A stretch of 56,321 bases of DNA from Acidobacteriota bacterium. GTDB lineage: Bacteria > Acidobacteriota > Vicinamibacteria > Vicinamibacterales > JAMQPK01. Made by a program: the position numbers and the translations under genes. Under the pieces are notes generated by a model. The model was not told the origin of the DNA. It ran no database searches and worked only from the letters and a program-made list of their open reading frames with translations. Each line of letters begins with the position of its first letter. The stretch's first letter is position 1. This document shows, piece after piece, positions 1 through 10,308 of the stretch. The stretch lies in contig JANNJO010000029.1 of assembly GCA_031395755.1 (NCBI GenBank), positions 1 through 56,321 of the forward strand. The letters run 5' to 3'.

Positions 1-762
1 AAGCCGCGTATAACTCGCGCGAACCATGTGTACCACGTGATGAACCGTGCGGCAAAACGTTCGGTTCTGTTTCGGGACGCGAGCGATTACGTGCAATTTG
101 AACGAACGCTTGAGGCGGCCGTAACCCCATTGTCTATGCGAATTCTTGCGTACTGTTTGATGCCTACCCATTGGCATTTGTTGCTATGGCCGAGGAATGA
201 TGGCGATGTCTCGCGCTTCGTCAAATGGCTAACTGCCACCCACGCAATGCGTTGGAATGGGAGTCATGACACCGTCGGCTGTGGTGCAGTTTACCAATCG
301 AGGTTTAAATGCGTCTGGGCAGAGAACGACGAGCACCTCTTACGCGCCTGGAGATATGTCGAGCGGAATCCGCTCACCGCCGACTTGGTGACGCATGCTG
401 AAGATTGGCGTTGGAGCAGCTTGTGGAGGCGACTGCGAGGACCTTATCCGCATCCCCTGTGCGAAGGCCCGATTACCCTGCCGACCGATTGGCAGCACCT
501 GCTCAACGCGGCGTTAACAGGCACCGACAAGCGGCGTCCGCGAAAGCAGGGGTCTGACCCCCGTACCACCCCCGTACCAGTACGGGGGTCAGACCCCGCG
601 GGTTACCTGACCCCTAATGTGTCGGAGGAAAATTCAAGGCCTCTCGGAGCAATCACTACTTTTTTGCTCGCACTCTCTTCGATATGCCCGGCGCGCATGG
701 TTTTGAATGGGAATGCCTGTGCGACTGCTAATACAGCGGTGACGTCCTTCTCCGGCACGTAA
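1..762 (+). CDS. REP-associated tyrosine transposase (RAYT, IS200-like Y1/HUH family); 5' end probably outside the window
   Basis: The frame of ORF 28..762 stays open to base 1 (KPRITRANH-VYHVMNR...), matching the usual ..YHVxNRG.. N-terminal region of this family. HUH motif in MPTHWHLLLWP; catalytic Tyr context RAWRYVERNPL; WRWSSLW. The last ~80 aa are low complexity, read through the hairpin at 549..597 and overlap the purM 3' end, so the functional C-terminus is uncertain. Confidence 0.75.
   Translation, partial: KPRITRANHVYHVMNRAAKRSVLFRDASDYVQFERTLEAAVTPLSMRILAYCLMPTHWHLLLWPRNDGDVSRFVKWLTATHAMRWNGSHDTVGCGAVYQSRFKCVWAENDEHLLRAWRYVERNPLTADLVTHAEDWRWSSLWRRLRGPYPHPLCEGPITLPTDWQHLLNAALTGTDKRRPRKQGSDPRTTPVPVRGSDPAGYLTPNVSEENSRPLGAITTFLLALSSICPARMVLNGNACATANTAVTSFSGT
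549..597. repeat. REP/REPIN-like perfect hairpin
   Basis: GGGGTCTGACCCCCGTAC (549..566) is the exact reverse complement of GTACGGGGGTCAGACCCC (580..597). The 13-nt spacer is part of an 11-nt tandem duplication, CCCCCGTACCA (558..568 and 569..579). It lies 5 nt downstream of the purM stop and inside the RAYT ORF tail. Confidence 0.85.
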
Positions 763-1706
763 ATGGCGAAGCCGGCGCCCATATTGAAATTCCCGTACGC
801 TTCGCTGTCGTCGATGCTGCCCTGCGCCTGCATGAACTCAAACACGGGCTGAAGCCCCGGGACCTGGTCGAAGACGTAGGCAAAGGGAGCCGGCGCCCGC
901 ATCAACTTGCGCCAACCGTGGCCCGTGATATTGACGGCGTAATGAATATCCACCCCGCGATTGAGGCAGTCTTCAATCGCACCGACATAAATATGCGTGG
1001 GGTCGAGGAGGGCTTCTCCGTAGGAGCGACCGTCGCCGAGCGGCGTGAGATAGCCATTCGGGAGGCGCTCGGCAATGGCGCGCGCGAGCGTCAGGCCGTT
1101 CGCGTGGATGCCGGAACTCTCAAAGAGGATGATCACGTCGCCGGCCTGAATGTTCGCGCGAATGAGGCGGCCCTTCGGCTTGATGATCCCGATCGCAGAG
1201 CCGGCGAGCACGACCGTATGGGGCTCGACGATACCGCTCAGCGTCGGCGTCTCCCCGCCGCCCCACGCGCAGCGCGCAAGCTCACACGCCTTCCTCCATC
1301 CCTCCACCAGGTCTTTGGCCCGGCGCTCGTCGCTGAACCACTCGGACGAGCCAGCGCCAAGATGCATCGCGACCGCGAGCGGCAACGCGCCGAGCGTGAC
1401 CATGTCGTTCACGATCATGGCGACGGTATCCTGAGCGATGTGATCGTAGTAGGAGCGGATCCCGGTCAGGCGATACATGGCGTCGGCGACCAAGTTCTTC
1501 GTCCCCAGGCCCTCTTCGACATGCGCCAGGAAGGCGTCTTCGGTTTCGACGAGATACGCGCTCTCACCCCGGCTCATCTCGACTTCGGCCACACCGAGCC
1601 TCCCCAGCGCATCCGCCGTCGAGCGCCCGGCCAGCTGCGCGCGCCGCTTGAACGGATCGAGCACGCCGTAATCCACGCCCGCGCCGGCATACGTCATGCG
1701 TTCCAT
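603..1706 (-). CDS. purM: phosphoribosylformylglycinamidine cyclo-ligase (AIR synthetase)
   Basis: N-terminus MTYAGAGVDYGVLDPFKR, GLGTKNLVA, and full-length colinearity with the PurM family; pur gene context. Confidence 0.9.
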   Translation of the reverse strand: MERMTYAGAGVDYGVLDPFKRRAQLAGRSTADALGRLGVAEVEMSRGESAYLVETEDAFLAHVEEGLGTKNLVADAMYRLTGIRSYYDHIAQDTVAMIVNDMVTLGALPLAVAMHLGAGSSEWFSDERRAKDLVEGWRKACELARCAWGGGETPTLSGIVEPHTVVLAGSAIGIIKPKGRLIRANIQAGDVIILFESSGIHANGLTLARAIAERLPNGYLTPLGDGRSYGEALLDPTHIYVGAIEDCLNRGVDIHYAVNITGHGWRKLMRAPAPFAYVFDQVPGLQPVFEFMQAQGSIDDSEAYGNFNMGAGFAIYVPEKDVTAVLAVAQAFPFKTMRAGHIEESASKKVVIAPRGLEFSSDTLGVR

Positions 1707-1749
1707 GATTGTCGTCTCGAAGGTTACACGCGATGAACTGCGGGAGCGG

Positions 1750-2937
1750 TCAGAATTCCAGCTTCTCGATCAACGCCTGGCCCACCCTGCGGGTCGCAGA
1801 GTCTTCCGCCGCCTGCCAGTAGAGGCGACGGACTGCGGCGAAGAAGCTTTCCTCTTCATAATCTTCCTCGAGCATGTCGAAACCCTCGGCTATCAGGTCG
1901 ATTGCGCCGCCGCGATTCGCGGAGGTCTCGAGAAACGACAGCACCAGCGGCGTGTTCCTGATGGCGACGGTCCCGGCACCGAGCGCCATCGGCGCCCGCG
2001 GCGGATCGGCCGACGGGATGCCGACCTCAAACAACGCGCCGAGCGCCTGCTGATTGCCTGAATTCGCGAGCGCAACGAGCGCGGTCACCGTGTTGCGCAA
2101 CAGCTCCTGGAAGCCCTGGTTCTTCTCGGCGAATCGAAGCGTCTCGATCAGATACGGGACGTGGGCATCGCAGTTGACTCCCAGCAGACAAATCGCGGCG
2201 GCGATCGTCGGCTGACTCTCACGCGGCGCGCTTCGCTGCAACGACGCGAGCGGTTCCATCGCCCTCGAATCCTTCAATTTGCCGAGGGCGACGACCGCAT
2301 CGACCTGAAGCGGCCCAGTCAGCTGCGCAATGCCCATCAGCGGCTCAATGGCGTACGTCGCTCGGTAATCCCCGAGAGCTTCAATGACGGCGCTCCGAAA
2401 GAAATCCTGCCCCCGCCCCACTTCCATCAGCAGCGTCTCGCGCACCCGGGGATCGTTTCCCTGAGCCGCCAGCGCCCGAACGAGCGCAGGCCGCACGAAC
2501 TCGCTCTCTTCGCGCTCGAGCGCCTGCAACAGCGGCGAAATCATGCTCGCCGACGGATGGTGCTCGTAGTACATGTAGGCGACCGTGCGCAGCCGGTCGT
2601 TCGGATTGCTCGCAACCTGCCGCACGAGCTCAGCCGTGCGGCTGTCGTTGAACGCCGTCAGCAGCACGAGCGCACGAAATCTGACGAACTGATCTTTATG
2701 GCTCTCGACGGCCTGCACCAGCGCCGGCGCGACCGCCTCAGCTGGGGCCCGCCGCAGCGCGCGCGCGGCGTTCATGCGCACGGGAAAATCCAGGTTCCCT
2801 AGCGCGTCGATGGAGGATTGGATAGCCGCGCTGGACAGGGGCTGCGGCCCGCGCTCCTGCGAATGAATCGACGCCACAGCTGACGCGGTCAGCAACAGCG
2901 TCGACAGGGCAATGAGCGCGTTATGTTTTGACGGCAT
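1750..2937 (-). CDS. secreted HEAT-repeat protein
   Basis: Signal peptide [26 protein letters not shown]. Repeated ..VR.(A)A..AL..... helical-pair units (VRMNAARALRRAP, VRFRALVLL, LRTVAYMYY, VRPALVRALAA, FRSAVIEALG) typical of PBS-lyase/HEAT repeats. The start overlaps the purF 3' end by 17 nt. Confidence 0.6.
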   Translation of the reverse strand: MPSKHNALIALSTLLLTASAVASIHSQERGPQPLSSAAIQSSIDALGNLDFPVRMNAARALRRAPAEAVAPALVQAVESHKDQFVRFRALVLLTAFNDSRTAELVRQVASNPNDRLRTVAYMYYEHHPSASMISPLLQALEREESEFVRPALVRALAAQGNDPRVRETLLMEVGRGQDFFRSAVIEALGDYRATYAIEPLMGIAQLTGPLQVDAVVALGKLKDSRAMEPLASLQRSAPRESQPTIAAAICLLGVNCDAHVPYLIETLRFAEKNQGFQELLRNTVTALVALANSGNQQALGALFEVGIPSADPPRAPMALGAGTVAIRNTPLVLSFLETSANRGGAIDLIAEGFDMLEEDYEEESFFAAVRRLYWQAAEDSATRRVGQALIEKLEF

Positions 2938-4372
2938 CTGTGTCCAGTTTCAGCGCCAGCTGCAGGTACGCCGCCTCGTTGCGCGGAAAAGCGACGGGGT
3001 ACTGCCCCGTGTAGCACGACGTGCAATACGACGACCGCTTCGTACCGACCGAGGACAACAGGCCCTCGAGGCTCAAATACCCCACGCTGTCCGCGCCGAT
3101 GTACTTCTGAATCTCATCGAGCGTATGGGTGGCCGCGATCAACTCAGAACGACGCGGCGTGTCGACGCCGTAGAAACACGGCGAGATCGTCGGTGGGCAG
3201 CTGATTCTCATGTGTACTTCCTTTGCGCCAGCCGCCTTCACCATCTTCACGATCTTGCGGCTGGTCGTGCCGCGAACGAGCGAGTCGTCCACCAGTACGA
3301 CGCGCCTGCCCTCGAGGATACTGCGCACCGGGTTCAGCTTCACGCGCACGCCGAAATGCCGGATCGATTGCTGCGGCTCAATGAACGTGCGTCCGACGTA
3401 ATGGTTGCGGATCAGCCCGACGCGCATAGGAATGCCTGACTCCTCCGCGTACCCGATCGCCGCACAGACCCCGGAGTCCGGAACGGGGACGATAACATCG
3501 GCGCCGACAGGCTGCTCGCGCGCGAGCAATCGCCCAAGTTCCGTGCGAACCTCGTTGACGCTCTCGCCGAACACGTAGCTGTCCGGCCTCGCGAAATAGA
3601 CATGCTCGAAAATGCAATGCGCCGACGGGGCAGGCGGAAACGGCTTGAAGGATTTCACCCCGGAGGCGCTCACGATGACGACCTCACCCGGCTCGACGTC
3701 GCGAACGTACGTCGCGCCGATCAGATCGAGCGCGCACGTTTCGGAGCACACGATGACAGCCTCGCCCAGGCGGCCGAGCGCCAGCGGGCGGAAGCCGTGC
3801 GGATCCCGCACGGCAATGAGGCGATCTCTGGTCATCAGCACCAGTGAAAAGGCGCCCTGCACGCTGGAAATGGCGTCGACAATCGCTTCGTCGCTCGAGC
3901 CGGCGCGCGATCGCGCGTAGAGGTGCAGGATGACCTCCGTGTCCGTCGACGTCTGGAAGATGGACCCGCGGCTGACGAGCTCGTCCTTGAGCTCGCTCGC
4001 ATTGACGATGTTGCCGTTGTGCCCGATGGCGATTTGCCCATGGGCGCACTCGATCAGGATGGGCTGGGCGTTATCAAGCTTGCTGTCACCTGCCGTCGAA
4101 TAGCGCACGTGTCCGATGGCAATGTGGCCGGGCAGCTTCTCGAGGGTCTTCTCGGAAAACGCATCGGCGACATGGCCCATCGACTTCGAGAGACGCACTT
4201 CGCCGCCGTCCGAGGCCGCGATACCGGCGCTCTCCTGGCCGCGGTGCTGCAGCGCGTAAAGTCCAAGGTAGGTGAGGTTGGCGGCCTCCGGATGGCCGAA
4301 GATCCCAAAAACCCCGCACTCTTCCCTGAACTTGTCGTCGTCAGGAAACTTCTTTCCACGGACCGTGATCAT
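2921..4372 (-). CDS. purF: amidophosphoribosyltransferase
   Basis: CGVFGIFGH Ntn-amidotransferase start, PRTase motif [15 protein letters not shown]-terminal Cys cluster. Start moved to MITVRG (ATGA overlap with the purL stop) rather than ORF start 4414. Confidence 0.9.
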   Translation of the reverse strand: MITVRGKKFPDDDKFREECGVFGIFGHPEAANLTYLGLYALQHRGQESAGIAASDGGEVRLSKSMGHVADAFSEKTLEKLPGHIAIGHVRYSTAGDSKLDNAQPILIECAHGQIAIGHNGNIVNASELKDELVSRGSIFQTSTDTEVILHLYARSRAGSSDEAIVDAISSVQGAFSLVLMTRDRLIAVRDPHGFRPLALGRLGEAVIVCSETCALDLIGATYVRDVEPGEVVIVSASGVKSFKPFPPAPSAHCIFEHVYFARPDSYVFGESVNEVRTELGRLLAREQPVGADVIVPVPDSGVCAAIGYAEESGIPMRVGLIRNHYVGRTFIEPQQSIRHFGVRVKLNPVRSILEGRRVVLVDDSLVRGTTSRKIVKMVKAAGAKEVHMRISCPPTISPCFYGVDTPRRSELIAATHTLDEIQKYIGADSVGYLSLEGLLSSVGTKRSSYCTSCYTGQYPVAFPRNEAAYLQLALKLDTDAVKT

Positions 4373-6612
4373 GCTGCCTTCTGTTTGAAGTGCTTTTCCA
4401 GGGCGCTGTTCCAAATGGTTTCGGCGTCGCTGACTGCCACGTCGATGAGGTTACGCCCATTGATGGAGACGCTGATCCGTGGGGTGCCGGTTGTGCCGAT
4501 TTCCAGAGCCGGGACGCCGAAGGCCTTGGCGCGGGCGAGGAGAGCCCCAGCCTGATCTCGCGCAACCGAGACAACGACGCGAGAGGCGGACTCCGAGAAC
4601 AACGCGGAGGTTGACATCCACGCGTCTGGCGCGGCAACCGCCGGAATGTCCACCTTCAACCCAATGCCGCCAGCGTCAAACGCGCACTCCGCAAGCGCGA
4701 CAGCCAATCCACCCTCGGCACAGTCGTGCGCGGATCGAATCAGGCATTCCCGAGCGACAGCCACAAGCAGCTGCTGAAGCGCCTTCTCGGCTGTCAAATC
4801 GACTTCAGGAGGGACACCGGCGACAAGGCGCTGGGTCACCTTGAGATACTCGCTGCCCCCGAGCTCGTGTCGTGTCTCACCGAGCAACACGACCACGTCG
4901 CCGCTGGCCTTGAAACTTCGTCCCAGCACCCTGCTCGCGTCCTCAATGAGGCCGACGACGCCAAGAACAGGAGTCGGATAAATCGCCTTCCCGTCAGTTT
5001 CGTTGTAGAGACTGACATTACCGCCGGTGATAGGTAACTCGAGCGCCTTGCAGGCAGCCGTGATGCCTTCAACAGCACGCGCGAACTGCCACATGATCTC
5101 GGGCCGCTCAGGATTGCCGAAGTTGAGGCAGTTGGTTGCGCCAATCGGCTCGCCGCCGGCGCACGCGACGTTGCGCGCGGCCTCCACGACTGCCAGGACG
5201 GCGCCACGATAGGGATCGAGATAGCAGTAGCGGCCGTTGCCGTCGACCGACAGGGCCAGCGCGCGATCCGTTCCCTTGATGCGGACGACGCCCGATCCCA
5301 TCCCGGGAAGCACCAGCGTATTGGTGCGAACCATGTGGTCGTACTGGCGGTACACCCACCGCTTGTTCGCAATCGCTGGCGAGGCGAGCAGCGCGCGCAG
5401 CGCGTCCACGTCCGAGACCGGCGGGCGCTCAGGGAGCGACAGCTTCTGCACCTCGTCCAGGTAGGCCGGCCTCTGCATCGGCCTCTTGTACATCGGGGCA
5501 TCATCTGTCAGCGCGCCCGTCGGAATTTCGGCAACGACCTCTCCCCGCTCGCGGACCCGCATCAGCCCATCGTCTGTCACCTCACCGATATGCGCCGCAT
5601 GCAGATCCCATTTCTCGAAAATCTCCTCGACCTCTCTCTCGCGGCCGCGCTTCACCACCAGCAGCATGCGCTCCTGCGATTCGGAGAGCATGATCTCGTA
5701 TGCCGTCATGCCGGTTTCGCGCTGCGGGACGTGCATGACGTCAATATCAATGCCGGCCCCGCCACGCGAGCCCATCTCGCAGGTCGAACACGTGAGGCCG
5801 GCCGCGCCCATGTCCTGAATACCAATCAGCGCATCACTCTTCATGACCTCGAGGCACGCCTCGAGGAGCAGCTTCTCCATGAAGGGATCGCCGACCTGCA
5901 CCGCCGGGCGCTTCTCAGCCGAGTTCTCGTCGAACTCCGCTGATGCCATCGTCGCACCGTGGATACCGTCCCGGCCGGTTTTCGAGCCCACGTAGTAGAC
6001 GGGATTACCGGTGCCCCTGGCGACTCCCTTGATGATCTCGTCCGCCCTGGCGATGCCGAGGCAGAAGACGTTCACGAGTGGATTTCCCGTGTAGCACTCT
6101 TCGAACGCGATCTCGCCACCGACGGTCGGAATGCCGATGCTGTTGCCGTACCCGGCAATGCCCGCCACGACACCTTCCATGTTCCGGCGCACGCGCGGAT
6201 CGTCGAGCTCGCCGAATCGCAGCGAGTTCATCAGCGCAATCGGGCGCGCCCCCATCGTAAAGATGTCGCGGATGATGCCGCCCACGCCGGTCGCCGCGCC
6301 TTGATACGGCTCGATGAACGAGGGATGGTTGTGCGATTCGATCTTGAAGACAGCGGCAAGGCCCTCGCCGATGTCGACCGCTCCGGCGTTCTCTCCAGGC
6401 CCCTGCAACACGCGGTGCCCGGTGGTCGGCAGATTGCGAAGATGCACCCGTGAGCTTTTGTAGCTGCAGTGCTCGGACCACATCACCGAGAAAATGCCGA
6501 GCTCGGTCAGGCTCGGCTCGCGCCCGAGCGACTGCACGACTCGCTGATACTCTTCGTCGTTCAGACCATGTCGCTGGAGCGCGGCCTTGTCGTGTGCGGG
6601 AGCGGCGCTCAT
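4369..6612 (-). CDS. purL: phosphoribosylformylglycinamidine synthase subunit II
   Basis: 747 aa; [27 protein letters not shown], and the duplicated PurM-like fold typical of small PurL. Followed by purQ/purS neighbours. Confidence 0.9.
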   Translation of the reverse strand: MSAAPAHDKAALQRHGLNDEEYQRVVQSLGREPSLTELGIFSVMWSEHCSYKSSRVHLRNLPTTGHRVLQGPGENAGAVDIGEGLAAVFKIESHNHPSFIEPYQGAATGVGGIIRDIFTMGARPIALMNSLRFGELDDPRVRRNMEGVVAGIAGYGNSIGIPTVGGEIAFEECYTGNPLVNVFCLGIARADEIIKGVARGTGNPVYYVGSKTGRDGIHGATMASAEFDENSAEKRPAVQVGDPFMEKLLLEACLEVMKSDALIGIQDMGAAGLTCSTCEMGSRGGAGIDIDVMHVPQRETGMTAYEIMLSESQERMLLVVKRGREREVEEIFEKWDLHAAHIGEVTDDGLMRVRERGEVVAEIPTGALTDDAPMYKRPMQRPAYLDEVQKLSLPERPPVSDVDALRALLASPAIANKRWVYRQYDHMVRTNTLVLPGMGSGVVRIKGTDRALALSVDGNGRYCYLDPYRGAVLAVVEAARNVACAGGEPIGATNCLNFGNPERPEIMWQFARAVEGITAACKALELPITGGNVSLYNETDGKAIYPTPVLGVVGLIEDASRVLGRSFKASGDVVVLLGETRHELGGSEYLKVTQRLVAGVPPEVDLTAEKALQQLLVAVARECLIRSAHDCAEGGLAVALAECAFDAGGIGLKVDIPAVAAPDAWMSTSALFSESASRVVVSVARDQAGALLARAKAFGVPALEIGTTGTPRISVSINGRNLIDVAVSDAETIWNSALEKHFKQKAA

Positions 6613-7334
6613 ACTGGTGCGCTCCCGGCCGCCGTCAAGGCGCCCGACGCATGCGCCGCCACCACGGACTCGAACATGACGAGCCCATCAGCGCTGCCGA
6701 CGGCCAACTCACACGCGCGCTCGGGATGCGGCATCAACCCGACGACGTTGCGCCGCGCATTGCAGATACCGGCAATGGATTCGACCGACCCGTTGGGATT
6801 GGCGCCATCAGTCACGGTTCCGACCGGATCCACATAACGGAACACAATCTGCCGGTTCTCCTCGAGCTTCCGTAGCTCCTCCGGCGTCGTGAAGTAGTTC
6901 CCTTCGCCGTGGGCGATGGGAATGCGCAGAACCTGCTGTGGGCGGCACGCCATGGTGAACGGCGTGTCCGTGTGCTCGACGCGCACGTGGACGTGCTCGC
7001 AGAGAAATTTCAAGCCGCGGTTGCGGAGCATCGCACCAGGCAGCATGCCCGCCTCGAGGAGAATCTGAAAGCCGTTACAGATCCCCAGCACCGGCCCGCC
7101 GGCCGCCGCGAACTTCTTCACCGCGTCCATCACCGGCGAGAACCGCGCGATGGCCCCGGTCCTGAGGTAGTCGCCGTGAGAGAAACCGCCGGGGAGGATG
7201 ACCACATCAGCTCCGCGAAGGTCGGTCTCCTTGTGCCAGACGAACTCCGCTTCCTGGCCAAGGACCTCCTTCGTCGCGTGGTACGCGTCGTGATCGCAGT
7301 TCGATCCCGGAAACACGACAACGGCGAAGCGCAC
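6609..7334 (-). CDS. purQ: phosphoribosylformylglycinamidine synthase subunit I (glutaminase)
   Basis: [23 protein letters not shown] nucleophile elbow, MPHPER; 4-nt overlap with purL. Confidence 0.9.
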   Translation of the reverse strand: MRFAVVVFPGSNCDHDAYHATKEVLGQEAEFVWHKETDLRGADVVILPGGFSHGDYLRTGAIARFSPVMDAVKKFAAAGGPVLGICNGFQILLEAGMLPGAMLRNRGLKFLCEHVHVRVEHTDTPFTMACRPQQVLRIPIAHGEGNYFTTPEELRKLEENRQIVFRYVDPVGTVTDGANPNGSVESIAGICNARRNVVGLMPHPERACELAVGSADGLVMFESVVAAHASGALTAAGSAPV

Positions 7335-7580
7335 TTACTTTCCCTCCACTTCGATGCGGTAGCTCTCGATCACCGGATTCGCCAGCAGCCTGTCGGCGAC
7401 TTCGGAGGCCATCGAGCGCGCCTTCTCGCTCGAATCCGCAGCCAGTTCCAGCTCGAAATACTTGCCCTGCCGGACATCCTCAACGCCGCCGTAACCAAGC
7501 GAATGCAGGGCGTCCACGATAGTCTTACCCTGGGGATCGAACACAGACGGCTTCAACGTCACAAACACTCGCGCACGCAT
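7335..7580 (-). CDS. purS: phosphoribosylformylglycinamidine synthase subunit PurS
   Basis: MRARVFVTLKPSVFDPQGKTIVDALHSLGY...IESYRIEVE is a typical ~80-aa PurS. Start chosen at the internal Met just after the purB stop (ORF track starts at 7643). Confidence 0.85.
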   Translation of the reverse strand: MRARVFVTLKPSVFDPQGKTIVDALHSLGYGGVEDVRQGKYFELELAADSSEKARSMASEVADRLLANPVIESYRIEVEGK

Positions 7581-7581
7581 G

Positions 7582-8922
7582 TCAGGTTTCAGCTCCCAGC
7601 CTTCGGCTCCCGGCCGCTGCCACGGCCGCTGATCCGAACACACGATCGATCACTTTGTCGACGTTCTTCAGTTGCACCTTCAGGTCGAACGCGTCTTCTA
7701 CGGTCTTGCGATCGAGGACGCCCATCACATCCGTGTCCGCCAGCAGCAGTTGTCTGAAGTCTTTCTTGTCGTCGTACGAGCGCATGGCATTGCGCTGCAC
7801 CCACTCGTAGGCCTGCTCGCGCGAGATGCCGCGCTGGGCCAGCTCGAGGAGCACGGTGCCGGAAAACACCACGCCGCGCGACATCTCAAGGTTCTGGAGC
7901 ATGCGATCGGGGTTGACCACAAGGCCCTTCACGATGCGCGTGAAACGCCGCAGCATGTGATCGAGCGCGATGAAGCTGTCCGGGAGAATGACGCGCTCGA
8001 CCGACGAATGCGAAATGTCGCGCTCGTGCCAGAGCGCGATGTTCTCGAGTGCGGCGTGCGCATTGCCACGAAGGAGGCGCGCCAGACCGGTAATCTGCTC
8101 GCAACCGATCGGATTACGCTTGTGCGGCATGGCCGATGAGCCCTTCTGGCCTTTGGCGAACGGCTCCTGCACCTCACCGATTTCCGTTTTCTGAAGGCCG
8201 CGGATCTCCAGCGCGAATTTCTCGAGCGAGGCCCCGGTGATCGCAATCGTCGTCATCAGCTCGGCGTGACGGTCTCTCTGAATCACCTGCGAGGACACCG
8301 GGGCGGGCTCGAGCCCGAGCTTCCCGCAAATGGCCGCTTCGATCGACGGATCGAGGTGGGCAAAGGTGCCAACCGCGCCGGAGATCTTCCCAACCGACAC
8401 GACAGCCCGCGCGCGCGTAAGCCGGTCATGGTCTCGCTGGAGCTCTGCGTACCACAGCGCCAGCTTCAAACCGAATGTCATCGGCTCGGCATGGACGCCG
8501 TGGGTGCGGCCCATCATGGGCGTGCGGCGGTGCTCCTCGGCGCGCACGCGCACGGCATCGAGCAACCCCTCGACATCCTTCAAAAGGAGGTCGGCAGCCT
8601 CGCGCATCTGAATGGCCTGCGCGGTATCGACGACGTCCGAGGACGTCAGACCGAAATGCAGCCAGCGTGCGGACGGTCCGACATGTTCGGCAACCGCTGT
8701 CGTGAAGGCAATGACGTCGTGTTGGGTCGTTTCTTCGATGGCAGCGATGCGGGCGATGTCGACCTTCGAGCGCTCCTTGATGTCGCGCGCGGCGTCCTGT
8801 GGGATGATGCCCGCCTCGGCCATCGCCTCAGCAGCCGCGATCTCAACCTGCAGCCAGGTCTCGAATCTCCGCTCGTCGCTCCAGATGCGCCCCATGTCGG
8901 GGTGGGTGTAGCGAGCAATCAT
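7582..8922 (-). CDS. purB: adenylosuccinate lyase
   Basis: MIARYTHPDMGRIWSDE..., fumarate-lyase signature GSSAMPHKRNP. Confidence 0.9.
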   Translation of the reverse strand: MIARYTHPDMGRIWSDERRFETWLQVEIAAAEAMAEAGIIPQDAARDIKERSKVDIARIAAIEETTQHDVIAFTTAVAEHVGPSARWLHFGLTSSDVVDTAQAIQMREAADLLLKDVEGLLDAVRVRAEEHRRTPMMGRTHGVHAEPMTFGLKLALWYAELQRDHDRLTRARAVVSVGKISGAVGTFAHLDPSIEAAICGKLGLEPAPVSSQVIQRDRHAELMTTIAITGASLEKFALEIRGLQKTEIGEVQEPFAKGQKGSSAMPHKRNPIGCEQITGLARLLRGNAHAALENIALWHERDISHSSVERVILPDSFIALDHMLRRFTRIVKGLVVNPDRMLQNLEMSRGVVFSGTVLLELAQRGISREQAYEWVQRNAMRSYDDKKDFRQLLLADTDVMGVLDRKTVEDAFDLKVQLKNVDKVIDRVFGSAAVAAAGSRRLGAET

Positions 8923-8948
8923 GTCGTCGATCGTCGATCGTTCATCGT

Positions 8949-10208
8949 CTAATTCAGATTAAGTCGCTCTCGCGGAAGTTGGAGCCCATTCACCTGCCCA
9001 AGCACCGTGGCGGCAAGCGACCCGTTCGAGAACAGCTCCACGGCCACGCGCTGGACGTCATCGGGCGATACGCTTTCGATACCCTGCAGCGTCTCATCGA
9101 GGCTGAACTGCCGGTCGAAATAAATTTCCTGGCGGGCCAGGTGCGACATCCGGCTCGACGTGTTCTCGAGGCTCAGCATCACGCTGCCCTTGAGGTGATC
9201 CTTCGCGCGACGCAACTCGCTGTCGGGCACCGGAGACTGCTTGATGATCTTCAGCTCTTCGACGACGAGGTCGATGACTTCGCCGACGGCCTCGTTCGCG
9301 CATCCCGCGTACACAGTGAGGTAGCCGGCATCGCGGTAGGCATTGATGCCTGAGAACACCGAGTACGCGAGGCCGCGCTTCTCGCGGATGTTCTGAAACA
9401 GCCGCGAGCTCATCGAACCACCGAGCATCGTGTTCATGACGTAACTCGCGTAGCGATCACTATGGTTCTGAGGGTAGCTGGGCGTGCCGAGACACACGTG
9501 GCTCTGTTCGAGCTCTTTATTGCGGATCACGACCTTCGGGACGACGTGCGGAGGCGCCCCGCCCTGCGGCCGCCCGGAAGACGGCATCGATCCGAACGCG
9601 TTCTCGAGCGCTTCGCGCAGCTGCGAGTGCTCGAGATTGCCTGCCGCCGAGATGATGACGTTCTCCGCCGCGTACGCGCCCCGGAAATGGTCGCGGAGTC
9701 GATCCTGCGTGATCGCTTCGACGGTGTCCTTGGTGCCGAGGATCGGCCGCCCCAGCGGGTGTCCTTCCCAGAACGCCTGCGTGAAAATCTCGTGGACGAG
9801 ATCGTCGGGCGTGTCCTCGACCATCTTGATCTCTTCGAGGATCACTTTCTTCTCCCGCTCGATATCGATCTCGTGAAACGCGGGCCGCAGGACGATATCG
9901 GAGAGGATGTCGACGGCGAGAGGCAGGTGTTCGTCGAGGACCTTCACGTAGTAGCTGGCGTATTCCTTCGCCGTGAACGCGTCGAGCTGCCCGCCGATGG
10001 AATCAACCGCCTGCGCGATCGCTTCCGCCGTGCGTGTCGCGGTGCCTTTGAAGAGCATGTGCTCCACGAAGTGCGCCATGCCGCTCTCGTCGTCCGTGTC
10101 GTGACGCGATCCACGCGTCAGCCACACGCCCAGGCTCACCGAGCGGACGTGGCTCATGGATTCAGTCACGAGACGAATCCCGTTGTCGAGTGCGTCGCGA
10201 ACAATCAT
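8949..10208 (-). CDS. M16 family zinc peptidase (insulinase-like)
   Basis: Inverted zinc motif HFVEHMLFKGT, 419 aa, two M16 half-domains. Only 26 nt upstream of purB. Confidence 0.8.
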   Translation of the reverse strand: MIVRDALDNGIRLVTESMSHVRSVSLGVWLTRGSRHDTDDESGMAHFVEHMLFKGTATRTAEAIAQAVDSIGGQLDAFTAKEYASYYVKVLDEHLPLAVDILSDIVLRPAFHEIDIEREKKVILEEIKMVEDTPDDLVHEIFTQAFWEGHPLGRPILGTKDTVEAITQDRLRDHFRGAYAAENVIISAAGNLEHSQLREALENAFGSMPSSGRPQGGAPPHVVPKVVIRNKELEQSHVCLGTPSYPQNHSDRYASYVMNTMLGGSMSSRLFQNIREKRGLAYSVFSGINAYRDAGYLTVYAGCANEAVGEVIDLVVEELKIIKQSPVPDSELRRAKDHLKGSVMLSLENTSSRMSHLARQEIYFDRQFSLDETLQGIESVSPDDVQRVAVELFSNGSLAATVLGQVNGLQLPRERLNLN

Positions 10209-10308
10209 GGAATTGATGACAAATGCCCTGAAACCGTTGAAGAAGAAAGGCTTGAGAGAGAGCTTGAAAGGATCTTAACACGAGTACAATCGAGATTATA
10301 GAACCCAG

